DNA from: the human T2T-CHM13v2.0 reference genome, Homo sapiens
Assembly (NCBI GenBank): GCA_009914755.4
Contig: CP068257.2
Coordinates: 15,008,001-15,072,000, forward strand
Length of the DNA: 64,000 bases
Direction: 5' to 3'
Shown here: in pieces, positions 1 through 12,500 of the stretch
Numbering within the stretch: position 1 is the stretch's first letter
Layout of the letters: every line of letters begins with the position of its first letter
Made by a program: the position numbers and the translations under genes
Notes under the pieces: generated by a model
Told to the model about the DNA's origin: nothing
The model's database searches: none
The model's input: the letters and a program-made list of their open reading frames with translations, nothing else

Positions 1-1119
1 TTAACTTTTTACTTTAAACTTAGATATACAGAAAAGTTTTCAAGATAGTACAGAATTCCTAGTACGTTAGTATGGCACACCTGTCACAAGTTATGAATCA
101 ATATTAATACAGTATTATTAACTAAGGTCTATACTTTATTTAAATTTTCTGTTTCCCTAACATTGCTTTTTCTGTTCCAGAATCTCATGCAAGATACCAT
201 ATTACATTTGTTCAGTATGTCTTCTTAGGTTTCTCTTAGCTGTGACAGGTTCTTAGACTTTCTTCGTTTTTACTGGTGAGATATTTTACAGTATGTCCCT
301 CCATTGGGATTTGACTGGTGTTTTCTCATAAACTAGGCTGGGGTTGTATATTTTGAGAAGAAGACTACAGAGATAAAATGCCAGTTCTAGAAAATCATCT
401 CCAGGTTACACACTATCAACTTGACAGATCACTCGATAGAAACCTCGCATCATCTAGCGAAGGTAGTGCACATAATTCAGTTTTAAACTGAACTTTATTT
501 ATATATTGAAATTATATATAATAAATACCACATATTATGTAAGATCGTTTGGGAAAATGTTAAGACAGATATCTTGCTTTAATTTTTAAAAAATCATTCT
601 GTTTTCTTGAAAAGTGTTCACTAAAATATTTAACTGAAACCACAACTGTTTACTGCTGTTAACACCTAATCCTAGACTAACTTACAGCTAGTCTTATTTA
701 TAACACTCTTTAATTTACTTCTGTGAAATAATATTGAAGGTCATATTTTTTCCTAAAGTGGAAAAAACACTACTACTCCTCCTAATAATATTTTTAGTAA
801 AAGCATCTTATAATTTTTATAGCATTTTCATGTATATTATGTTTCCGGAGTCTCATAACAATCCCATTAGATAATCAGTGGATATTATTTCTTTAGTCAT
901 AGTAACTGTGTTTTTGTACTTTGCTATCAAATATGACAACTATTTACATATTGTATGTGTCTTTATTGCATGAGTGCAAAGATATATTAATAGATAAGGA
1001 AATTTACCACTCTTCCTTCCCTGAAAAATTTACATTTGTACTTATTATGTGTCTATATATATTTGTAAGAGGAATCTATCCATTCAATAATTTCCATTAT
1101 AAAGAAAATATTGGGTTTT

Positions 1120-1418
1120 GCCGGGCGCGGTGGCTCACGCCTGTAATCCCAGCACTTCGGGAGGCCGAGGCGGGCAGATCACGAGGTCAAGAGATCGAGA
1201 CCATTCTGGCCAACATGGTGAAACCCTGTCTCTACTAAAAATACAAAAATTAGATGGGAGTGGTGGCACATACCTGTAGTCCCAGCTACTTGGGAAGCTG
1301 AGGCAGGAGAATCCCTTGAACCCCGAGGCGGAGGTTGCAGTGAGCCAACATCGCGCCACTGCACTCCAGCCTAGTGACAGAGTGAGACTCCGTCTCAAAA
1401 AAAAAAAAAAAAAAAAAA
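1120..1418 (+). mobile_element. Alu SINE (AluY/S-like), full length with ~22 nt pure A-tail
   Basis: Starts GCCGGGCGCGGTGGCTCACGCCTGTAATCCCAGCACTTCGGGAGGCCGAGG. Dimeric Alu structure, A-tail 1397-1418. 19 bp target-site duplication AAAGAAAATA(T/A)TGGGTTTT at 1101-1119 and 1419-1437. Confidence 0.95.
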
Positions 1419-2499
1419 GAAAGAAAATAATGGGTTTTCCTATTTGCTAGCAGTTAGTAAGATTTTGCATTTTACTAAAATTAGTTTTCAAGCCTAGTGT
1501 GCCAATAAAAATAAACATTTTAATAGGCAAATGCCAAAATTATCCTGACACCTATAAACGAAGTTATCAGCTGAAATAGATGAAATTATTTTAGAGATTA
1601 TTCTGAACATCTGATTGTTAGATTTCTAAAATATATTTAAATATTATACTGTAGTTAAGTTACTGTATAGGAATAGAAGAAATAAGCTATTATTTTTCTT
1701 TTCTTGGCATCTGCTCCCTCTAATTTGGACATTTCATCTGTTGTAATTACTTTTCAAAAGCTAATAAAACTAATATTTGCTTAAAAAAGGTTTATTAAAA
1801 CAATTTGTATATGGAAAAAGACCAGACTTTTCTTAGGACAATTTATATTAATAAGCCATAATTGTTTAATGTTTGTGTTAATAAAAATAATCTTCAGGCA
1901 ATATTATGGGCTAGATGGGTAAAGAAACTCTCCCAGTACAGAGCGTCTAAATATGCTGATAAAAATATTTTTAAAAAGCTTTTCATAAAGCTACTTGACT
2001 GATGTAAATTAATCTTAGTCCAGAAACAAAGATAAAATATGATATCATAGGGCCAAGAAATTATTAAAGCCTATTCTAACCCAAAGGGCATCTACTGATC
2101 TCTGGTGGCTTAGAGCCTAGGTTTTAAAGGGACACTGAATACAAAGGACAAGAGACAGCTTGTGGGCCTTGTGTGGGAGGTCAAGTTTGCCTGCCAATAT
2201 GGGACACAGAAAGATTAGCCAGGCAATAGGGGTACACACACACATACAGACATACACACATGGAAGCTTATATAGTTTATCTGACTTGGGCGAGGCTTGG
2301 CATAGAGTAGAAAAAAATAAAGACTCGCTTGAAAATTCATGATCATAAACTTACATTCAAGCACATATGGGTAAGTTAAAAAAATCCTTTTTGAAAATTT
2401 AGTTTAACATAGTCTTGGATTGTGCCTATAGTTACCTGACTGAAGCAAAAGTAAATATTTCATGGAGAAATTCACTCTAAACACAGTTCCTAAATAATT

Positions 2500-3290
2500 C
2501 TTATGTCACATGACTCCATTATACAAAGAAATTACAAAACACATAAGAAACAAGCCACTGATTATGAGTAATCATTAAAAAGTCTGGACACAACAGATGC
2601 AGGCGAGGATGTGGAGAAATAGGAACTCTTTTACACTGTTGGTGGGAGTGTAAATTAGTTCAATCATTGTAAAAGACAGTGTGGCAATTCCTCAAGGATC
2701 TAGAGCCAGAAATATCATTTGACCCAGCAATCCCATTACTGGGTATATACCCAAAGGATTATAAATCATTTTACAATAAAAACACATGCACACGTATGTT
2801 TATTGCAACACTATTCACAATACCAAAGACTTGGAACCAACCCAAATGCTCATCAATGATAATCTGGATAAATAAAACGTGACACATAGACACCATGGAA
2901 TACTATGCAGCCATAAAAAAGGATGAGTTTATGTCCTTTGCAGGGACATGGATGATGCTGGAAGCCATCATCCTCAGCAAACTATCACAAGGGCAGAAAA
3001 CCAAACACCACATGTTCTCACTCATAAGTGGGAGTTGAACAATGAGAACACATGGACACAGGGAGGGCAACATCACATGCCAGGGCCTGTCGGGGATAGA
3101 GGGAAAGGGGAGGGAGAGTATTAGGACAAATACCTAGTGCATGAGGGGCTTAAAACCTAGATGACAGGTTGATAGGTGCAGCAAACCACCATGACACATG
3201 TATACCTATGTAACAAACCTGCATGTTCAACACATGTATCCCAGAACTTAAAGTAAAATAATAATAATAAAAAAAAAACAAACCAACAAA
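2500..3290 (+). mobile_element. LINE-1 3' fragment (L1PA-like; ORF2 C-terminus plus 3'UTR plus A-tail)
   Basis: Translation covers the ORF2 tail: GCGEIGTLLHCWW...FDPAIPLLGIYPKDYKS...IKKDEFMSFAGTWM...SLISGS. 3'UTR ends ...CATGTATCCCAGAACTTAAAGTAAAATAATAATAATAAAAAAAAA. The 5' boundary near 2500 is approximate. Confidence 0.9.
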
Positions 3291-4229
3291 CCATTATGAA
3301 CAAGAGTTACCAGAAACAGTAAATTGCATGCTCAGACCCATGAATATTATAGTCATTGGTACTGGTAGATGCAGAATATAAAATCTATGTGTCTTACATA
3401 TTTAAAGGAATGAATAAGAATTTAAAGGATAAACAAGAAATACAAGGCCATCCCATCTGATAAAGCAGTTTTAAAAGTGTTACCAACATAACTGGAAGGA
3501 ATTAAAATATGTTTATGGAGGTAAAAATTTAATAAGCAAGTTTTGTATCAGGTCAGAGACACTTGAAAACCGATTTAGTATCATGAGGACTTCCATTTTT
3601 ATAATATAGTGGAATGGGTGCCAGGCCAGTCATGTCACCTAAAACATCTTGCAATAACACATGAATTTAGACTGTCAAATCAGACTCAAATGAATCAGAG
3701 ATCTAACCCAGAATCAAGAATTACTAATTATTTTATGAATACAACTAAATTTAGGGCACAGGCAAAGTGAGAAGAGACCTGGGATCATTATTAGAGCTCC
3801 CGGTTCTTGCTTTCTATATCAGACGCACTCTGAACCCAGACTCATATGTGAGGTCTCTAAATGTGTGCAGAAGAAAATATTTCAGATTATGAAACATTTC
3901 CATTTTATATTCGTACAGTTACATGGCCTTTGTGACATCTTCCATTTCCCGTGCCACATAAATCCATAGATTCCAAATTTGTTTATGATAAACCAGTCTA
4001 TGCAACCAAGAATATACTATTACAAGCTTTCCATAAATAACGGCTCTCCTGCTAACAAATACAATTTGCTAGTTTTCAGGAAACTAGCTAGTTTTCAGGA
4101 AATTCAAACTTTGGAATTTGTAACCACAAACTAGTTCTCATATGGGTTTATTGCCCAAATTTATAGTCCATGAATGGCCCGAAACAACCCAAGCTGTGGA
4201 CTTAGTTGAAATCCTAGACTAGTACAGGA

Positions 4230-5778
4230 ATATTACTAAAACAAAGACAAAAATGGTATGATAGACCCTACATTTATCCAGGACTCCTCTATCTCTCCCA
4301 AAGAATTCACAATTAGCATTCCAACAAAAATAGTCAGAAAACTATTAGAAATCAACAAATCCACAGGTAAACACATCAACCATGTGCTAGAAAAATTATG
4401 GTTGGAAGAACAGAAAACAGGATTCCAGCCACAAAATTGATAAAATTGAATTACCGAATACATAGTATAAACTATATGATTTAATATATTTGAGATATTA
4501 ATAAGAGGTTTACCTTGAATAAAGAACTTGTAAATTTACAAATGAGCTATTAGAACTCTTAGACTTGGAAAATATAGTTGAAGTGAAATATTTAAAGGAT
4601 TTAATAGCTGATTAAGTTTGGTTGTAAGGAATTAAAAAAACTGATAACATTTTAGAGAAGTTATTTGGAAGCAACCCAGAGAAAAGAGGTGGAAAATAGG
4701 AAAGAGAAGATAGATGACAAGGAAGCTAAAGACAGCAGGAAGTGATCCTAAGACAAAGTAAATATGTGAGTAAATCTAAACAAATACTGACTGTATGAAA
4801 CGATGATATTAGTATCGTAAAGAGACAAAAAATAGTTGAAAATAATAGCAGAGAAATCAAAAGGCCATTTCTTGGAATTGTTTGGGAGTAAAAGACCCAT
4901 TACTTTTTATCATTTGGGAAAGTTAAGCATGCATAGATACTTTCTAGGATAACAACTAAAATAATAGAAATAAAAACTCCAAACTAGTAGAAAAATACGA
5001 ATAAGAAACCATAATCATTTTCCTAAAAAGGACAAAACACAAGCAAAAAATAAAACCAGGACAAATTGTTTACAATAAGATAGTAGAAATACATTTTTAA
5101 AAATCAATATTTGCAATAAATATGAAAAGATTAACTGCCTCAAATTAGTGCTGCCATGCGGAGAAAAAAGAATGCTTATACACTGTTGGTGGGAGTGTAA
5201 ATTAGTTCAATCATTGTGGAAGACATTGTGGCAATTCTCAAAGACCTAAAAACACAAATATCACTGGACCCAGCAATCCCATTACTGGGTATATACCCAA
5301 AGGAATATAAATTGTTTTATCATAAAGACACATGTACATGTATGTTCATTGCAGCTCCATTCACAAAAACAAAGACATGGAATCAACCAAAATGCCCATC
5401 AACAGTAGAAAGGATAAAGAAAATGTGGTACATATGCACCATGGAATACTATGTAACCATAAAAAAGAACAAGATCATGTCCTTTGCAGGAACATGGATG
5501 GAGGTGGAGGACACTATTCTTAGCAAACAAATGCAGAAACAGAAACCCAAACACAGCATGCTCTCATTTATAAGTGGGAGCTAAATGGTAAGAACACATG
5601 GACACATAGACTGGGGCCTATCGGAGGGTGGGAGCAGGGAGAGGATCAGGAAAAATAATGAATGGACACTAGGCTTAATACCTGGGTGCTGAAATAATCT
5701 GTATAACAAACCCCCATGACACAAAGTTTACCTATGTAGCAAACCTGCACATGTATCCCTGAACTTAAAATAAAAGTT

Positions 5779-5779
<1 letters not shown>
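4230..5779 (+). mobile_element. LINE-1 3' portion, older primate subfamily (L1PB/L1MA-like)
   Basis: 5150-5779 is a clear L1 ORF2 C-terminus and 3'UTR (TLLVGV..QPL..DPAIPLLGIYPKEYK...; tail CCCCATGACACAAAGTTTACCTATGTAGCAAACCTGCACATGTATCCCTGAACTTAAAATAAAAGTTAAAC). Upstream 4230-5150 is AT-rich, degenerate ORF2-like sequence. The 5' limit is uncertain. Confidence 0.75.

Positions 5780-5823
<44 letters not shown>
5780..5823. repeat. (AC)n microsatellite, ~22 units, at the L1 3' end
   Basis: Perfect ACACAC... run read directly. Confidence 0.95.
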
Positions 5824-5825
<2 letters not shown>

Positions 5826-5924
5826 TTAGTGTTGCGAGACAAAATCCTTAAGTTTTTTATGGATCTCTTATAAACAGAACACATAAACATTTATGAAAAT
5901 AATAACAAAACTTTCAGGCAGAAA

Positions 5925-6010
5925 AAATATGAGTTCATTCATTAAACAAGTATTTATTTATTCTCTGGTATGTGCCAGGCACAGTCTGGCCTTCTGGAGA
6001 CATCACTGCA
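5925..6010 (-). repeat. MIR-like SINE fragment
   Basis: CATTCATTAAACAAGTATTTATT...GGTATGTGCCAGGCACAGTCTGG resembles the reverse complement of the MIR core (..TATGTGCCAGGCACTGTTCTAAGCGCT..). Confidence 0.4.
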
Positions 6011-7808
6011 TAAAACAGTCAAAATACCTGACATCGCGGAACATTAATTTACAACTTGTGGAAATGGATAAATAACTAACTAAATAAATTACATTGAGTA
6101 TTAGAGGACTGAAATAAATGCTATGACAAAAGATAAAACAAAGCCAAAAAGAAAGTTTTGATGCTTTCTTTGGAAATGGGAGACATGTATACACTGGGAT
6201 GTTTATGCTGAAAAAATAAAAGGCTAAAAATTTATGTGCTAGACACCTAAGTTTTTAAAGTAACTTAGAAAAAGAACAACAGAATAAGCCAAAATAAAAA
6301 TATAGCAATAGAAATCACTTATTTAGGGCATATTATATGACAGGCAAGGTTCTAAGAATTTCCCTTATGACCTATAAACTCAACAACATTTATTAATCTA
6401 TTGCAATTTTAAACTACAGCAGTAAAAAGGAAACCATTTATAATAGTAGCAGCAAAAAAGGAATGCACGTAGAAATACATCTTACAAAATGTGTTAAAAT
6501 ATTGTGCAAAAATTACAAAACTATCGTGAGATAGCAAAGATTTAAATAAATGAAGATATTTATCATTTTATGAATTAAACCATTCAATATCAATAAGATT
6601 CCAGGTTTCCCCAAACTGAATGAACTATGGATTTAGTATAATGTTAGTCAGAATCCTAACAGAATATTTTGGGTAGAAATTGTCAAGCTGACTTTACATT
6701 TGTATGAAAATACAAAGGAACAGCCAGGGCCATCTTGAAGAAGGCAAATTTAGAAGACTTAATCAAACATCAAGCCTTGTTAAAGGCTTAGAGCTTTAAT
6801 GAGCCTTGATGTTTAATTAAATAAGAGTGTAGTGTTAGTAAAAATATAAATTAAAAAAATAGAACAGAATAGAGAAATTAGAGCCACACATATATGGTCA
6901 TTTGATTATTATTACAAAGTTCCCAAAACAATACAGCATAAAATATAGTCTTTCCAAATAATGATGTAGGATAAATTAAACAATAATTTAAGTATGGGGA
7001 AAATATAAATCTTACTTGTATGTTATAATAAAATATTAGTTTCAGTCAGAGTGTAATTCTGAATGTGAAAAACAATGCAATAAATCTTCCAGGACAATTT
7101 TGTTCTGAATTTGGGATTCCTAATGGTTATAAATCAAGAATCATAAACTGGACTTAGTTAAAATGAAAAACTTCTACCTATCAGAAGCTACTGAGGGCAA
7201 AAAAAAAAAAAGTTAGCTGCTGTATAAGCAAGCATGTTTGCAATAATTTTATTTGACCAAGGACTTCTGCTTAAAATAGATGAAAAAATTCTACAAGTGA
7301 ATGAGGAAAACATAATTCAGTTTTAATAAATGACTTGAAGTCTTTAGCATTTCACAAGAAAAACATGGAAAGGACAAAGAAAGGTGCTTTAACATCTTCA
7401 CTAATAAGAGAATGTAAAACAGTAGATGCTGACGAGACCAGATATCAAGTGTTAGTGAGGATGAAAAATAACTAGAACTTTCACACAATAATACTGGGAG
7501 TCTCTATTGTAATAACCGCTTTGGAAAACACTTTGGAAAAACTTGACTAATACGAAACATATATCTACTCTATAACTCAGTAATTCAGCACCCCGAGTAT
7601 AGCCCTAACTTAGTTGAGTGATATACCTACCACCAGATATGTACAAGACTGTTAATAGAGGCTTAGCTTATAATCACCTAAAACTGAAAAATCATCCAAA
7701 AGTCCATCAATAGTGAAATGGATAAATAACTGTTGGTATATTCATGTAATAGAATACTAAGTAGCAATAAAAAACTAACTGAATTCAATAACATGGATGA
7801 ATAAAAAA

Positions 7809-8088
7809 GGCCGGGCGTGGTGTCTCACGCCTGTAATTCCAGCACTTTAGGAGTGCGAGGGGGGTGGATCACGAGGTCAGGAGTTCGAGACCAGACTGAC
7901 CAACATGGTGAAACCCCCGTCTCTACTAAAAATACAAGAATTAGCCAGGTGTGGTGGCTGGTGCCTGTAATCTCAGCTACTCCGAGGCTGAAGCAGGAGA
8001 CCCCGTGATCCCGGGAGGCGGAGCTTGCAGTGAGCCAAGATCGCGCCATTATACTCCAGCCTGGGCGACAGAGCGAGACCCCATCTCA

Positions 8089-8119
<31 letters not shown>

Positions 8120-8128
8120 CAAAAAAAA
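7809..8128 (+). mobile_element. Alu SINE (AluS/Y-like) with (AAAAC)n-type tail
   Basis: GGCCGGGCGTGGTGTCTCACGCCTGTAATTCCAGCACTTTAGGAG... ends ...GAGACCCCATCTCAAAAAAACAAAACAAAACAAAAC... Confidence 0.95.
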
Positions 8129-8605
8129 GATATAATGTTGAGTGAAAGTATTCATACAAAAGAGTATATACCATTTAAATTTATTTATATAAAATTGAAG
8201 TACATGCAAAATGAATTTGTGCTAATAAATGTGAGAATAGTAGTTATTGTTAGAGGAGGTATTGATAGGGAAGAGGAAAAGTGGAAGCACTTTGTAATGC
8301 TTGACATATATATCTCGATGTTAGTGTCAATTGCAAAGATATATACATATGGAAATATTTATCAAAATGTAGCATAATGACTTATGTGCTTTTATACATG
8401 TTTATCATACTCTAAGAAAATATATTTAACAGGGTGACAGAGATAACAATTGCAATGCATAGCCATGCTTTAGACCCTGACTCAAATATCCTTTAAAATA
8501 TATATTTATGAGACAGTTTAAAAATTAGATACTTACTGGATACTTGAAGATATTAGGGAACTATTAATTTTGATGTGTAACAATTTAAATAGAGTTCATA
8601 TATCT

Positions 8606-8951
8606 TTATTTATTATATCTTAAGTTCTGGGGTACATGTACAGAACGTGCAGGTTTGTTACATAGGCATACATGTGCCATGGTGTATGCATACACGTGCC
8701 ATGGTGGTTTGCTGCACCCATCAACCCGTCATCTACCTTAGGTGTTTCTCCTAATGCTATCCCTGCCGCAGCCCCCCAGCCCCTGACAGGCCCTGGAGTG
8801 TGATGTTGCCCTCCCTGTGTCCATGTGTTCTCACTGTTCAACTCCCAGTTTTGAGTGAGAACACATGGTGTTTGGTTTTCTGTTCCTGTGTTAGTTTGCT
8901 GAGAATGATGGTTTCCAGCTTCATCCATGTCCCTGCAAAGGACATGAACTA
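8606..8951 (-). mobile_element. LINE-1 3' end fragment (L1PA-like), minus orientation
   Basis: Reverse complement of the L1 3'UTR: TTTATTATATCTTAAGTTCTGGGGTACATGTACAGAACGTGCAGGTTTGTTACATAGGCATACATGTGCCATGGTG...GTTTCCAGCTTCATCCATGTCCCTGCAAAGGACATGAACT. Confidence 0.9.
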
Positions 8952-9199
8952 ATCGCCAAAAGAGTTGTTATCTTTTAGAGATGCATACAAAAATAAATAC
9001 AGATATAATAATGTGATGTCTGAAGTTTTCCTTAAAATAATATGGGGGGTGAGGTGGGTGCAGGTGAAGTATTCTTGGCCAGGATTTGATAAGTCCTGAA
9101 ACTGAGAAAGAGGAACATTGGAGAGCTTTATACGGCTCTAATCTGTATATCCTTGAAATTCTCTGTAATTAAAAAATATGTTTAAAAAAAACTGTTGAG

Positions 9200-9460
9200 A
9201 AAACCAAATACCATATGCTTTCATTTAAAAGTGGGAACTAAGCATTGGGTACACATGGATATAAAGACGGAAACAATAGGCCCTGGGGACTACTAGAACG
9301 AGGAGAGTGGGAGGGGGCAAGGGCTGAAAAGTTACCTATTGGGCATCATGCTCACTACCTGAGTGATTTGATCATTCGTACTCCAAACCTCATCACGCGA
9401 TATACCCACATAACCAACCTACACATGTACTCCCTGAATCTACAATAAAAGTTGAAATTA
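9200..9460 (+). mobile_element. LINE-1 3'UTR fragment, older subfamily (L1PB/L1MA-like)
   Basis: AAACCAAATACCATATGCTTTCATTTAAAAGTGGGAACTAAGCATTGGGTACACATGGATATAAAGACGGAAACAATAGG...ACACATGTACTCCCTGAATCTACAATAAAAGTTGAAATTA. Confidence 0.8.
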
Positions 9461-9599
9461 CTAAAAGAGTAATAAAACTGCTGGGAACTATCAGCATACA
9501 TGTTTCTTCTATTAACTACTTATTATTAAAGAATCAAATTGAAATTCTAGAACAAAAAACAAACAACAACTGATTAAAAGTGCAGTGCATGTGTTTCAT

Positions 9600-12500
9600 A
9601 GGGCATTAGGTGGAGCTAAAAGAGATTTAATATAAAAGAATACATGGCTAAGAAGAAAACGTCTGAACTGACACAATGGGCAAAGTGTCTATAACACACA
9701 CACAAAATGAGCATTATTGGCAAGTAGGGCACCAAGATGTAACATATGTGCAATTGGAGTTTTAGAAGGAGAGATTAGAGAACATGGGGTAGAAACACTA
9801 TACCTAATGTTAATGCTAAGAATTCCCCAATTTACAAAATAAATAATACAAGATTTAATAATAACTACAATCTTCAACCAGGATACATATAGAGGAAGCT
9901 ATCAAATCATAACTGCTGTAAACCCCAAACCAAGTAAAAATCCCAAAGTGGGGGAAAAAGACACGTTATATTCAAAACGAATAGAAACAAAAACAAAAAC
10001 AGACTGACTTCTCAATGGAAATAATTGAAATGAGCAGATTGGAGAATGTTAGGCTTAATGCTGAAAAAATGTACCAAACATTCTATATTCAATAAAACTT
10101 TGCTTCAAAAGTAAAGATGAAATAAAGACAATTTGAGATAAAAGTTGAATTTGTCACAAAAAGACCTTCACTAAAGGTCTTATTTGGCACTTGGAAAAGA
10201 CCCACAATGGCAGTTTGAGGTAGACAAAAGAGCGAAAAGCAATGGAAAGTTAAACTATCTGGATAAACTTTAATAAATATTTACAGCATAAATAATACTG
10301 ATGACTTTTGGGGTATAACGTAGATAGCATATTAAAGTACAATAAGAACACATAATTAGGGAGGAAAAAATAGAAGTAAAATTCTGAAGTCTTTTCATTT
10401 TTCTAGAAATATTTTAGATTTATGTCAGACCTTATAAGAAAAGTATTTGTTTTGCAATCTCTATGTAAAACAAAAAAGTAAACAAAAAAGCTCAAGTAGA
10501 CCTAGAAAAATGAAATAGCAAGAGAATGCAAAAAAATTCAAAAGGATGCAAAAAAGGAAAATAAATTAAATTTTAAAATAAATAGTATATTTGAAAAATT
10601 AAACCAAATTAATTATTATTTTACTCTTAAAGGAAATAAAGGCTCCAATTAAAAAATTGTCAAGGAGGGAAAACACCAAGATGCATGTAACTTACGAGAA
10701 ATATAACTTAAATATTAACAAGCAAAAGAGATGCAAAAAAAAAAAAAGAATAGAAAATATGATCATTCAGACAGTACCAAAATAAAGCTGGTTTAAGTAA
10801 TACTAGCGAAGAAGAGTTTCATGCCAGAAGCATAACTGATAATGAGAACATTTCATAATAATCAAAAACAAAATCTACCAAGAATATATAGCAGTTCTAA
10901 CTTTGTAATGAGTAAAATTCAAAATATATGAAGTAAAAGTAAAACAAAAAGGAGGAAAAAGAACCGAATATGTAATCATAATGAGGGATTTCAAAATTCT
11001 TCTCACCCCATAAATATATACACCTACTAAGCCCCCACAATCAGTTAAAAAACCATCCTTTTCTCGTGAACTGATAAATAGGCATTTAACCTCATATGCT
11101 AGTCCATGAAACTAATCAACAAATTTGAAAGAATGGCAGTCTTACAGAATATGTAAGCAATTAGTGGAAATCAGCCAGAAATAAGAGCAAAAGATAACTA
11201 GAATGTTCCCACATGTTTAGAAATTGTCCAATACATTTCTAAATGGTCCTTGCATCAAGAAAGAAAGCAAAATTGAAATTAGAACATATTTTGAATTGAA
11301 GACAATAAAAATATCAAAACATGTAGGATGTATTGAAGACTATCCTCACTGAAAAGTGCATTGTCTTAAATTTCTACATTGGAAAAAAACTAAAGTTTAA
11401 AAATCTGTAATCTAAGCATTCAATTCACAAATAAAATTCAAATGAAATAAAATATCTAATGAAATCCAAAGAGTACAGAAAGAAAGGAATAATAAGACAA
11501 AAGCAGAAAAATATCAATTATTTCTGGAGTAATTGGGGCTTTTAAGAAACTCTCAATAAGGATATGTTAAAGTTGATGTAGGAAATAAGAAGTTAGATAT
11601 GAAATAACTAACAATTCTTCACATTTAAAAATAGTTCACATATGATAAAGGTTAAGTACCTTCATTTCTGCTCTAAAAAGGAAAAAAAGGTAAAAATAGC
11701 AAAAACCAATGGGAAAACAAACAAAAAGAAAATAACCAAACCACAAACCACAATATGGAACATCAACAAAGCTAGAAGTTTGTTCTTTGATAAGACAAAT
11801 AAAATTGGCACTCTCTTTGCAAGATAGATCAAGAATAGAAAGAGAAAACACAAATTCCTAATATTCAGGAATGGATAAAGTAAACTCAATATAGATCCTA
11901 GAGACATTTAAATGATAATAAAACATTTGACATGCATTTATGCCAATAAATTTCAAAATTTTAATGAAACAAGACAAATTCCTAAAAGTACAAAATTTGC
12001 CAGTGGAGGCAGGAATGAATAAAAATCTAGTCAAAAAAATCTTTTTTTGTTATTATACTTTAAGTTCTAGGGTACATGTGCACAACGTGCAGGTTTGTTA
12101 CATAGGTATACGTGTACCATGTTGGTTTGCTGCACCCATTAACTCGTCATTTACATTAGGTATTTCTCCTAATGCTACCCCTCCCCCTGCCCCCCACCCC
12201 ACAACAAGCCACAGTGGGTGTTTCCCACCCTGTGTCCAAGTGTTCTCATTGTTCGATTCTCACCTATGAGTGAGAACACACAGTGTTTGTTTTTCTGTCC
12301 TTGTGATAGTTTGCTCAGAATGATGGTTTCCAGCTTCACCCGTGTCCCTGCAAAGGACGTGAACTCATCCTTTTTTACGGCTGCATAGTATTCCATGGTG
12401 TATATGTGCCACATTTTCTTAATCCAGTCTATCATTGATGGACATTTGGTTTGGTTCCAAGTCTTTGCTATTGTGAATAGTGCTGCAATAAACATATACA

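Noticed and set aside
921-1398. ORFs overlapping Alu elements (921-1238, 1135-1398, 7817-8049, 15410-15736, 34757-35074, 37027-37288, 44511-44729, 53977-54238)
   Set aside because: Alu consensus contains long open frames on both strands (…[19 protein letters not shown]… and similar). These are artefacts of the SINE sequence.
8620-8928. 102-aa minus ORF; also 59822-60028 (68 aa) with near-identical sequence (MDEAG(N/S)HHSQQTNTGTENQTP…TQGGQHHTPGPV…)
   Set aside because: Both are read-through frames of the L1 3'UTR in antisense. Their similarity simply reflects two L1 3' ends.
8606-9460. Minus L1 3' end (8606-8951) plus nearby plus L1 3' end (9200-9460) as a second twin-priming event
   Set aside because: The two pieces overlap extensively in L1 coordinates (both contain the terminal ~170 bp), differ in subfamily and age, and are separated by about 250 bp of non-L1 DNA. 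They are two separate insertions.
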